Assembly (NCBI GenBank): GCA_041666325.1
Contig: JBAYHC010000003.1
Span: 31,102-95,101 of the forward strand
Direction: 5' to 3'
Source: Patescibacteria group bacterium
GTDB taxonomy: Bacteria > Patescibacteriota > UBA1384 > XYA2-FULL-43-10 > 1-14-0-10-43-13
Length of the DNA stretch: 64,000 nucleotides
Part shown: in pieces, positions 10,605-18,310 of the stretch
Position numbering within the stretch: the stretch's first letter is position 1
Layout of the letters: every line of letters starts with the position of its first letter
The notes under the pieces: generated by a model
Seen by the model: the letters and a program-made list of their open reading frames with translations, nothing else
Told to the model about the DNA's origin: nothing
Databases searched by the model: none
Translations under genes and position numbers: made by a program

Positions 10605-10922
10605 TTAATAACCTAAGTAGCTCATTCTGAAGTTGATCAAGGCCTGTGCCGTCACCTCGGTAATGTCGGGAATGGCGCGCTGAAGAAACTGTTGAACGTT
10701 ATTACCATCACCCTCACTCAACAGAGTACTAAGCTCTTCGATTTTTTCCGGTGGTGTCGCCGCCAAAAGAGCAGCATGAATATGCTCCTCTACCTTCTCC
10801 CGCAAATCTTTTCTGGCCTCGAATTTGGAGTCCTCATCGAGGTCGCTTAGCGGGCTTTCTTCTATGAGTCTGTCAACAAATATCTCGAGTTCGTCTTTGT
10901 TTTCTTCCCCTGCCATAGCCAT
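10605..10922 (-). CDS. Small acidic helical protein, paralog of 6173..6508.
   Basis: ORF with AAAGGA ribosome-binding site before the ATGGCTATG start. The track start at 10949 is a TTG with no RBS, so 10922 is preferred. Its stop is coupled to the start of the 1355-aa gene. Confidence 0.55.
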   Translation of the reverse strand: MAMAGEENKDELEIFVDRLIEESPLSDLDEDSKFEARKDLREKVEEHIHAALLAATPPEKIEELSTLLSEGDGNNVQQFLQRAIPDITEVTAQALINFRMSYLGY

Positions 10923-10959
10923 TCCTTTCGTAAATAGATATTTACTCAAAAAATCAGTC

Positions 10960-11000
10960 TGCTGCGAGATCTTTTTATCATTATACTGATGAATCAGTTA
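10960..11000 (-). promoter_or_regulatory. Candidate sigma70 promoter for the small-giant-small-giant operon (TATAAT -10 with a TTACGA-like -35).
   Basis: Minus-strand reading gives ...attacgataactgattcatcagTATAATgat upstream of the first small ORF. Confidence 0.3.
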
Positions 11001-11097
11001 TCGTAATAGTAGCTGTCTATCCGCCATGACCATAACTATCGATTTATTTGTCTAGAACATTATTTATTGGTACTTTTGCATCCGATGTTTTTGAATA

Positions 11098-11160
11098 AAA
11101 AAGAGGCCCGGTGCGACTCGCTCTACCATGGGGTAGAATGAGTCATTGCACCGGGCCGTG
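11098..11160 (-). terminator. Rho-independent terminator of the GC-island gene.
   Basis: GGCCCGGTGC...GCACCGGGCC stem with a nested TCTACC-ATGG-GGTAGA palindrome, followed on the minus strand by TCTTTTTTATT. Confidence 0.55.
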
Positions 11161-11197
11161 TCATAGGCACAGAACCTTTCTTGGGACCAGCGGGCCC

Positions 11198-12247
11198 CTA
11201 GCCGAAGAAGAAGAATCTGGCGTCCGGCCACCACAGCACGTTCAGCACCGCGAGGGCGAAGATGACGACACCGACGACGATGAGGATCCGAACCCACCTC
11301 GGGATACGTCCGATCCCCATGACCCATTCACTGATGCCGTAGGCGATGCTGGCTGCGAGGAGAAATCCCAGCCCCAGCTTGAAGATGCCCCAGAGCCACT
11401 CCCAGATGGTTCGGCCAGAGCCGGAATCCGGACTAGCCGGTGGGGCTCCTGCCCCGGGCGCGGGTGCGCCGGGCGCCGGTGCTGCTCCGGGTGTTCCGGG
11501 CGTGGGCGTACCAGGTGCCGGGACCACCACGGCAGGCAAATCATACCGCCCAGCGGGCGGAGACGGCCGACCGGTCTCAGCTTCGAGCAACCGCACCCGA
11601 TCATCGAGCGCCTTGTCGTTGAACTGCAACCTCCCTATCTCCCTCTTCCGGTTGCGGTTTGCCTGTTCCAGGCTCGCTACTCTGTCTTTGAGCCGAGAGA
11701 CAGACTGCGACAGCGCATTGAGCCGAAGCTCGAACTTGGCTGCCCAGCGTGCCACCTCGACCCTGACCATCTGCCGGATACTGGCGATCGAAGCGCCGAA
11801 GCGCTGGCCGGCCGACTGGTGTCGGCTGCTGCCGCGCCAGGCATGGCGGCGGCGCTCGGCGTAACGGCGCTTGTCGTAGCGCTTGCCGCCGGCGGTGACG
11901 CCGGTATTGCCACTAGACGGGGCCAGGGCGGCCGAAGGCCGCTTGGCGGGCGAGGTGGTCGTGACCGGCGGTGTACCGGAGCCCGGCCAATCCGGATCGG
12001 GTGCCGTGACCTCCGTGCCCGGGGCAGGTGCCGGCGACGTTGCCGTCGCAGGCGTAGCCTCTGCCGGAGCCGAAGCCTCGGCAGGCGCCTGCGGCGCGGC
12101 TGGCTTCTCGGGCTCGGTCGGCGCCTGGGGCGCGGATCCACCGTCCTCGGTGTAGACCTCGACGGCGCCCGGCGCCGCCATGGCGCCAATGTTGATCGAA
12201 GCGAACACGAGTGCGGCCACGAGGGCCGCCGCGAACAATACCTTCAC
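11198..12247 (-). CDS. Secreted or membrane-anchored Pro/Ala-rich protein encoded in a ~67% GC island. It has a signal peptide and a C-terminal TM segment.
   Basis: GTG start 7 nt after AGAGGGGAG gives MKVLFAAALVAALVFASINIGAMA-AP. Pro-rich tracts APQAPTEPEKPAAPQAPAEASAPAEATPATATSPAPAPG and PAPGTPTPGTPGAAPAPGAPAPGAGAPP. Central coiled-coil-like segment. C-terminal hydrophobic segment ILIVVGVVIFALAVLNVLWW. GC content is far above the flanks. Confidence 0.5.
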   Translation of the reverse strand: MKVLFAAALVAALVFASINIGAMAAPGAVEVYTEDGGSAPQAPTEPEKPAAPQAPAEASAPAEATPATATSPAPAPGTEVTAPDPDWPGSGTPPVTTTSPAKRPSAALAPSSGNTGVTAGGKRYDKRRYAERRRHAWRGSSRHQSAGQRFGASIASIRQMVRVEVARWAAKFELRLNALSQSVSRLKDRVASLEQANRNRKREIGRLQFNDKALDDRVRLLEAETGRPSPPAGRYDLPAVVVPAPGTPTPGTPGAAPAPGAPAPGAGAPPASPDSGSGRTIWEWLWGIFKLGLGFLLAASIAYGISEWVMGIGRIPRWVRILIVVGVVIFALAVLNVLWWPDARFFFFG

Positions 12248-12428
12248 GGTCGTACTCCCCTCTTCTGCCGCCCTTACGGGACGGCGCTTTCGCCGGCCCT
12301 GATGGGCGGCTCGAAGGACCATTTGAATCTGGCCTTCTGGCAATTGAATCCGGCTTTGGCGTTACTTCGCCAGCGCAGATACAATGTGTCAAAAGACAAC
12401 CTTACCCCTTAAAAAAATGCGACAATGT

Positions 12429-12504
12429 GTTGCACGGCTACGTACAGGCGGAGGGGGAACCTGTATTCCATCCCGACAAGTCGGGGGAGGAAGAGCCGTG
12501 CAAC
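12429..12504. ncRNA. Structured RNA-like element, copy 1 of a tandem pair. It is a three-way junction closed by an 11-bp P1 stem.
   Basis: P1 is GTTGCACGGCT/AGCCGTGCAAC. Hairpin 1 is ACAGG-[CGGAGGGGGAA]-CCTGT. Hairpin 2 is built around CCCGAC-AAGT-GTCGGG. On the minus strand it is followed by a short hairpin and a U7 tract (12411-12440). Confidence 0.4.
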
Positions 12505-12603
12505 ACGCTGTCGCACATACACATAATCGACTAACCTTGAAAGTGCCTGCTCCAATTCACCTTCAAGGAGAATAGCATCAGTCCAAAGAAAAAGGGCAAC
12601 ACT

Positions 12604-12685
12604 GCGCTGTATAACCCACCATAGGCGGAGGGGGAACCTACGTCCCTACCCCGATAAATCGGGAAGGGAAGAGATTATACAGCGC
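12604..12685. ncRNA. Structured RNA-like element, copy 2. It has the same architecture as copy 1 with compensatory stem changes.
   Basis: P1 is GCGCTGTATAA/TTATACAGCGC, a completely different sequence from copy 1 but still paired. Hairpin 1 is AGG-[CGGAGGGGGAA]-CCT with an identical 11-nt loop. Hairpin 2 is CCCGAT-AAA-ATCGGG. Confidence 0.4.
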
Positions 12686-12921
12686 GCTGCTGCCCTAAAT
12701 TGTCAAATGCTTTCTGGCGGCATGTGGTATCTCACCGTCAGAACATAGCATTGTATCATATTTTAAAGAGCTTGTCAATAGCTAACGCATTCTTGGCTTT
12801 TGTTTTCGATCTACCCATAGAATAACACATTTTCGGCAAAAACTAAAGACCCCTCGATCGAGAAAATCAGTATTTTATTGTTTACCAGACTAGATAACAA
12901 GCAAATGAATAGTTAACGGTG

Positions 12922-14199
12922 CTAGGTTTGCCGCAACTCTTTCACTAGGGAGAGGTAGACATAAAGGTTATGTATGGTGGTGAGCCTAATGCCTGAGATT
13001 TCATTTGACCGCAAAAGATGGGCAATGTACGCCCGCGAAAAACCACCATTGTCAGCCTCCGCTCGATCTGAGCTGCGGCCGATCTCGCCTCGACTATTGG
13101 ACTCCATCGGTGCTCGACAGACAGGACAACTACAATCTGAATCAATCACATCAGGATCTTCGCGAAACCCAGAGTTCAGCAAATTGACCAATGCATACCG
13201 TTCTTCATCCTTTGTCCAGTTGTTTTTCGTTCTTTTCTGGACGTAAACACTGCCATGTCGCGCCAATCGAGTTGGCAGAACGCAATCGAACATATCCATG
13301 CCAAGTCTGGCCGCTTGGATAATATCATCCGGGGTGCCAACTCCCATGAGATAGCGCTGCTTGTTCTCGGGCAAAATTTCCCCCATCAGCTTAACCGTCT
13401 GCCACATATTGCGGGTTTCGAGGTCAACAGCCAAGCCACCGACTGAATAGCCATCAAAATCCATCTCGATTAATTTTTTGGCACAATCCCGTCTTAGTCC
13501 CTCATCCATTCCGCCCTGAACAATACCATGCAGCATGGGACGAATTGTGAATTTTGAATCATTAATCATGGGCTTGCCATTCTGCGACTCATGCATAATT
13601 CTTGATTCTTGATTCTTGATTCTTGATTCAAAATAGCGTTTTGCCCGTTCGGCCCATCTGATGGTTAATTCTGTTGCATGCTTAATTTCGTTGTAAGATG
13701 CTTTCCCGCTTGGGCAAACATCAAGCGGCATAAGAATATCTACGCCCAAATCAAGCTGGATCTGTATCACCTTCTCCGGAGTGAAAAAATGCTTGGACCC
13801 ATCAAGATGAGACTTGAACTCAACACCATCCTCAGTAATCTTTACTAGCGACTTGTCGCCATTGATTTTGTTCTTGCCCCGAGAATTGTGTCCCGAACCG
13901 AGACTGAAGACCTGGTATCCGCCAGAATCAGTCAAAATCGGCCCGTTCCAGCGCATGAAATCATGCAGGCCACCCAAACTCTTGATCATCTGCTCGCCAG
14001 GACGAAGGTAGAGATGGTAAGTGTTGGACAAAATAATGTTTGCGCCAACGCTTTTTAATTCGTTTGGCAACATCCCTTTGACACTACCGACCGTTCCCAC
14101 AGGCATAAAAAACGGCGTTGGGATAATACCGTGAGGTGTCTCGAGCTCGCCCACCCGAACGCCGCTCTCTAATTTTTTGATGAGTCTAAATTGAGTCAT
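12922..14199 (-). CDS. tgt: Queuine tRNA-ribosyltransferase.
   Basis: Translation begins MTQFRLIKK...GIIPTPFFMPVGTVGSVKGM...ILSNTYHLYLRPG...LTDSGGYQVFSLG and carries a C-terminal CxCxxC..H zinc site. The track ORF extends 31 codons further 5' through non-conserved sequence. Confidence 0.9.
   Translation of the reverse strand: MTQFRLIKKLESGVRVGELETPHGIIPTPFFMPVGTVGSVKGMLPNELKSVGANIILSNTYHLYLRPGEQMIKSLGGLHDFMRWNGPILTDSGGYQVFSLGSGHNSRGKNKINGDKSLVKITEDGVEFKSHLDGSKHFFTPEKVIQIQLDLGVDILMPLDVCPSGKASYNEIKHATELTIRWAERAKRYFESRIKNQESRIMHESQNGKPMINDSKFTIRPMLHGIVQGGMDEGLRRDCAKKLIEMDFDGYSVGGLAVDLETRNMWQTVKLMGEILPENKQRYLMGVGTPDDIIQAARLGMDMFDCVLPTRLARHGSVYVQKRTKNNWTKDEERYALVNLLNSGFREDPDVIDSDCSCPVCRAPMESNSRGEIGRSSDRAEADNGGFSRAYIAHLLRSNEISGIRLTTIHNLYVYLSLVKELRQT
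13565..13600. repeat. (ATTCTTG)n heptanucleotide microsatellite, about 5 copies, inside the tgt coding sequence.
   Basis: attcttgattcttgattcttgattcttgattc read directly from the sequence. Confidence 0.7.
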
Positions 14200-14339
14200 A
14201 TGAGTATTTGTCACTAAGGAGATCGTTATTGCCCACTTGTTATCATCCCGAGTAATGCATATCGAAATCAAGGAATCCCTCCACTCTCGCAATCACACAG
14301 GTCGGGATGACAGGCAAAGGGTTTATACAGCGCATTATA

Positions 14340-14368
14340 TCAAAAAAGCCCGGTTTAGGCTTTTTTGA
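14340..14368 (-). terminator. Intrinsic terminator after rplL. It is bidirectional, with an A-tract and a T-tract flanking an AGCC/GGCT stem.
   Basis: aaaaaagcccggtttaggctttttt. Confidence 0.5.
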
Positions 14369-14399
14369 CCCCCTTCTACTTTCTACTATCCACCATCTA

Positions 14400-14894
14400 C
14401 TACTTGAGCTCAACAGTAGCACCAGCAGCTTCAAGCTTGGCTTTAGCAGCCTCAGCTTCTTCTTTCTTGACACCCTTCAAAAGTTCCTTTGGTGCACCTT
14501 CAACCAAGTCCTTGGCTTCTTTGAGTCCAAGGTCTGGCTTGATTTCACGAACGGCCTTGATTGCATTGATCTTCTGAGCACCGCCGTTGGCGAGAATTAC
14601 ATCAAAGATGGTTTTCTCTTCAACGGGAGCGGCAGCACCAGCTGTAGCGGCACCAACCATAGCGACAGGGGCAGCAGCTGAAACGCCAAAGCGATCTTCA
14701 AGAGCCTTAACAAGCTCGGAAAGCTCGAGTACTGACAAAGTTTCGATCTGCTTGATAAGATCAGCAAACTTGCCGGATACTTCTGCCCTAGCTTCCTCTT
14801 TTGTTTCCTCTGCTAGTTTGTCTGCCACAACCTCGGTTGAGGTGGGATCTTCTGCAACAGCAGCGGTTTCTTCAGTTTTTTCTTCTTCGGCCAT
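14400..14894 (-). CDS. rplL: 50S ribosomal protein L7/L12 with a ~40-aa acidic N-terminal extension.
   Basis: C-terminal sequence [23 protein letters not shown]...[42 protein letters not shown]-terminal dimerisation helix [26 protein letters not shown]. Confidence 0.9.
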   Translation of the reverse strand: MAEEEKTEETAAVAEDPTSTEVVADKLAEETKEEARAEVSGKFADLIKQIETLSVLELSELVKALEDRFGVSAAAPVAMVGAATAGAAAPVEEKTIFDVILANGGAQKINAIKAVREIKPDLGLKEAKDLVEGAPKELLKGVKKEEAEAAKAKLEAAGATVELK

Positions 14895-14975
14895 ATTTTC
14901 CTTTCTTTTGCATTGCGACACAGATGGCGCAAATTCATACGAATTATGCGAACATCCGCATCGCTCTACTGATAA

Positions 14976-15497
14976 TTAACTAATTGATTCTTTTCTCGCA
15001 TTAATAACGTTGACCAGTCCGCGAATGTTTGCGGCCAAAACGTTAACCATACCTGAAAGAGGTGCAGCAACTGTACCAACAAACCTGGCATAAAGCTCTT
15101 CCTTGGAAGGCAGGCTTGCCAGTTGCGTCACTGAAGCTTTGTCAATGTAGTGATTCTCAAGAACGCCACCCAAGATCTCAAGAGCTTCGTGCTCTTTGGC
15201 AAAGTTGTAAAGCTCTTTAGCTGCAGCAACTTCATCGTTGCGGGAAAAAGCAATAGCAATCGGTTTCTTGAAAACTTCCTCATTGAGAGTAATACCTTGA
15301 TTCTCTAGGGCCCGACGCAACAACGAAATCTTGGCAACCCTAAAATCAACATTCTGGGAACGGAGGATCTTTCTCAATTTTTCCGTTTCGGAAACCTTAA
15401 GCCCCTTATAATCAACAACCACAGCGGCTTTCATGGATGATAGCTCATCATTAAACTCTTGTAGCTGGACTTCCTTCTGCTCTCTTGTTTTGGCCAT
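14976..15497 (-). CDS. rplJ: 50S ribosomal protein L10.
   Basis: MAKTREQKEVQLQEFNDELSSMKAAVVVDYKGLKVSETEKLRK... with an L10 C-terminus. Confidence 0.9.
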   Translation of the reverse strand: MAKTREQKEVQLQEFNDELSSMKAAVVVDYKGLKVSETEKLRKILRSQNVDFRVAKISLLRRALENQGITLNEEVFKKPIAIAFSRNDEVAAAKELYNFAKEHEALEILGGVLENHYIDKASVTQLASLPSKEELYARFVGTVAAPLSGMVNVLAANIRGLVNVINARKESIS

Positions 15498-15900
15498 CCG
15501 ACTCCTTTCAGTCGTCACTCCTACAAAATTACAAATAAATCGAAATTACGAAATTACAAATAAATTCATTAAACATTCGTAATTTTGTATTTTCGTGAAG
15601 ATTCGTACTTTCGCAGGTGATTCGGTTATTTAAAAAATGCGGGCAAACCCGCAGACTTCCGTATTTAGCAAATCGTATTGCGTATTTCGAAAAACGAGAT
15701 ACGAACTGCGAATCACCATCTACGAACACATCCTCGGCAGGTAATTAAGCCGGATCCGTATTTCGTGGACCGTATTGCGTATTTCGAAAAACGAGATACG
15801 AACTACGAGTCACTATTTACGAACCAGCGCCTGCTGTCTGCGGATAAGACAAACAAATATTATCAAATTATGTTCTAAACGTCAATAGGGCTGGTAAGGC
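15498..15900 (-). promoter_or_regulatory. rplA-rplJ intergenic region and candidate L10 leader. It contains two ~56-bp direct repeats and a TACGAA-word palindrome.
   Basis: Direct repeats at about 15672-15735 and 15776-15838 read cgtattgcgtatttcgaaaaacgagatacgaact.cga.tcac.at.tacgaac. The position corresponds to the known L10(L12)4 autoregulatory leader location. Confidence 0.3.
15530..15630. repeat. MITE-like imperfect palindrome built from the ~45-bp TACGAAA/TTTCGTA repeat unit, a cargo-less copy of the repeat family that flanks the GxxExxY gene.
   Basis: Left arm cgaaattacgaaattacaaataaa, right arm attcgtaattttgtattttcgtgaagattcgtactttcgcagg. Confidence 0.45.
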
Positions 15901-16027
15901 AGTGGGGCCAGTCAAGCGGTTAAGCTCATAAAGTCATAAGGCCGTAAGGAGAAAAAGACTATTATTACTCTACTGTTCTACTAGCTTTACTGCCTTACTG
16001 GCCTTACTGCTCTATTGCCTTACCGTC

Positions 16028-16825
16028 CTACTTGCCCTTAACCTTAATGCTTGGCCCCATCGTGGTTGAGACATAAATAGACTCGAGGCGCTTTGGCAGA
16101 TGACTCATGAGGGCATCATAGTTCTCCCTGATCCGATCGATACCAAACGAAATCTTGCCAATGGGCATGTGAACAATATTGAATTTATCAGCACGAAACT
16201 CAACTCGGCCACGCTTCAACTCTTCGATCGCCTCTTCAACATTTTCTACGGCTGTCCCAGCCTTAGGTGATGGCATCAAGCCCTTGGGACCAAGGGTCTT
16301 TGCTAGTTGGGCCAACTTTGGCATCACTTTGAGGTCTGCGATCATGACATCAAAGTCAATGTCACCCTTTTTCACCTTAGCGATAATCTCTTCAACATTC
16401 TTGTCATTTGCGGCCAAGATACGCTTCTCCTTGACAACGCCACCGGTAAGGATGAGCGTGCCACGGATATTCTTCTCCTTGGAGTTGATTTTGACGTGAG
16501 CCTCAACAGTCGCATCAAACTTTGTCGGCGAGGTCTTGGTTGCCAATTCAAGCGCTTCTGAAATTGGATACTCTTTCCCCTTCTCAACCTGCTCAGCCAA
16601 GCTTCTGTACTTCTTGCCATGACGAGGCTTCTTTCGAACTTGAACGACTTTCTCCTCTTTGGATTTTCGCTCTTCTTTTTCTGCCTCTTTCTCAGCGGCT
16701 TTGCGTTCTTCCTTCTCAATCTCCTCTTGAGCCTTGCGCTCCTTCTCGCGCTCCTCAGCAGCCTTTAGGTCCTCTTTTTCGTCAGCAATCTCTTCGCCGA
16801 CATCCTTAACGTTTCTCTGTGCCAT
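16028..16825 (-). CDS. rplA: 50S ribosomal protein L1 with a ~60-aa Lys/Glu-rich N-terminal extension.
   Basis: ...KPRHGKKYRSLAEQVEKGKEYPISEALELA...VHMPIGKISF.... The N-terminal extension EEREKERKAQEEIEKEERKAAEKEAEKEERKSKEEK is absent from canonical L1. Confidence 0.9.
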   Translation of the reverse strand: MAQRNVKDVGEEIADEKEDLKAAEEREKERKAQEEIEKEERKAAEKEAEKEERKSKEEKVVQVRKKPRHGKKYRSLAEQVEKGKEYPISEALELATKTSPTKFDATVEAHVKINSKEKNIRGTLILTGGVVKEKRILAANDKNVEEIIAKVKKGDIDFDVMIADLKVMPKLAQLAKTLGPKGLMPSPKAGTAVENVEEAIEELKRGRVEFRADKFNIVHMPIGKISFGIDRIRENYDALMSHLPKRLESIYVSTTMGPSIKVKGK

Positions 16826-16888
16826 TTTTCTCCTATGTGGTACGAGCGCCCCGATACATCAGGGCTCCCACAAATTAATAATACCCGG

Positions 16889-16925
16889 CCAGTATAACAC
16901 ATTTACGATCGGATTTCAACGTAGG
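16889..16925 (-). promoter_or_regulatory. sigma70-type promoter for rplA (TTGAAA-17-TATACT).
   Basis: Minus-strand reading: cgTTGAAAtccgatcgtaaatgtgtTATACTggc. Confidence 0.45.
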
Positions 16926-16937
16926 TGCCTGGACAAA

Positions 16938-16972
16938 ATACTGATTCTGGTGTATGGTAATCAAGGGTCAGT
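16938..16972 (+). promoter_or_regulatory. Divergent promoter for the plus-strand prenyltransferase-like gene (TGGACA-17-TATGGTAAT).
   Basis: gcctGGACAaaatactgattctggtgTATGGTAATcaagg. Confidence 0.35.
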
Positions 16973-16993
16973 AAAAGACCGGAAGGGGGATTT

Positions 16994-18310
16994 GTGCCTA
17001 ACTACAGACACCACATCCGCGTACTAGATGACATATTCCGCGAACAATTCCGACCGCTCCCAATAGATTGGAACATGGGATTGAGATCAGAATACTTTGC
17101 CAGGCCAGGAAAAGCGCTTCGGCCAGCATTTTTCTACGCTTCATACTTGACATTTAGTGACCCGGACCGAAGATGGCTCGGATACAGCCAGCAAGCACTT
17201 TCGCCCTTACAGGACACGGATATCAGGAGAGAGCTTAAATTCCCGCTACTTTGGGAAATTGCCAATGCGCTCGAATGGCTCCATCTGGGGATCATGGCGG
17301 TAGACGATGCGATCGATCACGGTGAGCACCGCAGGGGTGGTACGTCTCTGTATCGGTTATTTGAAGAACATTTCCGGGAAAGGATCTACCACTTACCAAA
17401 GGAACGCGGCGAGTACACCATATCACCGGTGGCTGCCGTAGTTAATACGTTGACCTGGAACATGGTTGATCTGTGGGAGAGAGTTGTTTGGGTCAATGGT
17501 CAACCACTTGAGAGCTTCAATATCGCTGGTCAAGCGCTTCTGATGCCTAACGGCCGAGAGGGCCACTATGATTTTGACCACCAGCCAGCAACACACGACA
17601 TTTTCGGCCATCTCCAGAGAGTGATCAGTTCGGTTGCAGGCTGGAAAACGCACGAAAAGTCGACCCTGCAGTTGATGCAGGAGATTTACTTAACTGCCCT
17701 GCAAGAAACGCTCGATGGTGAGAAAAAGGATATTGAGTGGTCTAGTCGACCTGATTTTCCAACCATCGACGAATTGTTCCAAATCCAAGACGGCAAAACC
17801 TCCTGGTATTCGGTTATTCTGCCACTCTCACTTGGAGCAATACTAGGGCAAGGTGAGAACAAGGCAGAAATACTGAGAGCGTTGTATGATCTGGGGATCT
17901 GGTTTGGGAGAGCATTTCAGATTATTGACGACATGCTCATTATTGAAGCCCCAGACAAAGCCGGCAAGGATACCCGGTCCGACTTGGCTAATGGCTCAAA
18001 AACAACCGTCATCATCCTCCAGGGAGAGATGATGGCAGAGCCAGAGCGCCAAGAGTGGGCAGATCTGTTGGATTTGTGCAAGACCTCTGCGGAGGCCCAA
18101 GGCAAGGCCATCCGGATCATAGAGAACAGTGGCGTAATTAACCGCTGCCAACAAGTTGCTGCCGAGTGTGTAGCACATTGTGACTCTGCGCTAGCAACTA
18201 TCGAGAGCCTTGGCTATGACTCCAACCTTCTGAGACAATTAGTCAGAGATGGGCTTCATTGGATGGATGATGCAAAGATTGACACGATTGACAAACCAAA
18301 ACCGGGCTAG
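16994..18310 (+). CDS. Divergent trans-isoprenyl diphosphate synthase / terpene-synthase-fold protein (polyprenyl synthetase family).
   Basis: GTG start after GGAAGGGGGA. First Asp-rich motif MAVDDAIDHGEHRRG (DDxxD...RRG) and second motif FQIIDDMLII (DDxxD). It is the only substantial plus-strand gene in the window. Confidence 0.75.
   Translation: MPNYRHHIRVLDDIFREQFRPLPIDWNMGLRSEYFARPGKALRPAFFYASYLTFSDPDRRWLGYSQQALSPLQDTDIRRELKFPLLWEIANALEWLHLGIMAVDDAIDHGEHRRGGTSLYRLFEEHFRERIYHLPKERGEYTISPVAAVVNTLTWNMVDLWERVVWVNGQPLESFNIAGQALLMPNGREGHYDFDHQPATHDIFGHLQRVISSVAGWKTHEKSTLQLMQEIYLTALQETLDGEKKDIEWSSRPDFPTIDELFQIQDGKTSWYSVILPLSLGAILGQGENKAEILRALYDLGIWFGRAFQIIDDMLIIEAPDKAGKDTRSDLANGSKTTVIILQGEMMAEPERQEWADLLDLCKTSAEAQGKAIRIIENSGVINRCQQVAAECVAHCDSALATIESLGYDSNLLRQLVRDGLHWMDDAKIDTIDKPKPG

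Noticed and set aside
8889-12412. Long plus-strand ORFs such as 8889..9740, 11111..12412, 11346..11864 and 26067..27524.
   Set aside because: They are antisense shadow ORFs inside well-supported minus-strand genes or GC-rich islands, where high GC suppresses stop codons. They have no RBS and an Arg/Ala/Pro/Gly-biased composition.
12429-12685. Calling the tandem elements a glycine, ZTP, guanidine, fluoride or c-di-GMP riboswitch, or tRNA genes.
   Set aside because: None of the conserved core sequences of those classes is present. There is no cloverleaf with a T-loop GGTTCGAATCC. Only the generic call of a structured RNA with covariation is supported.
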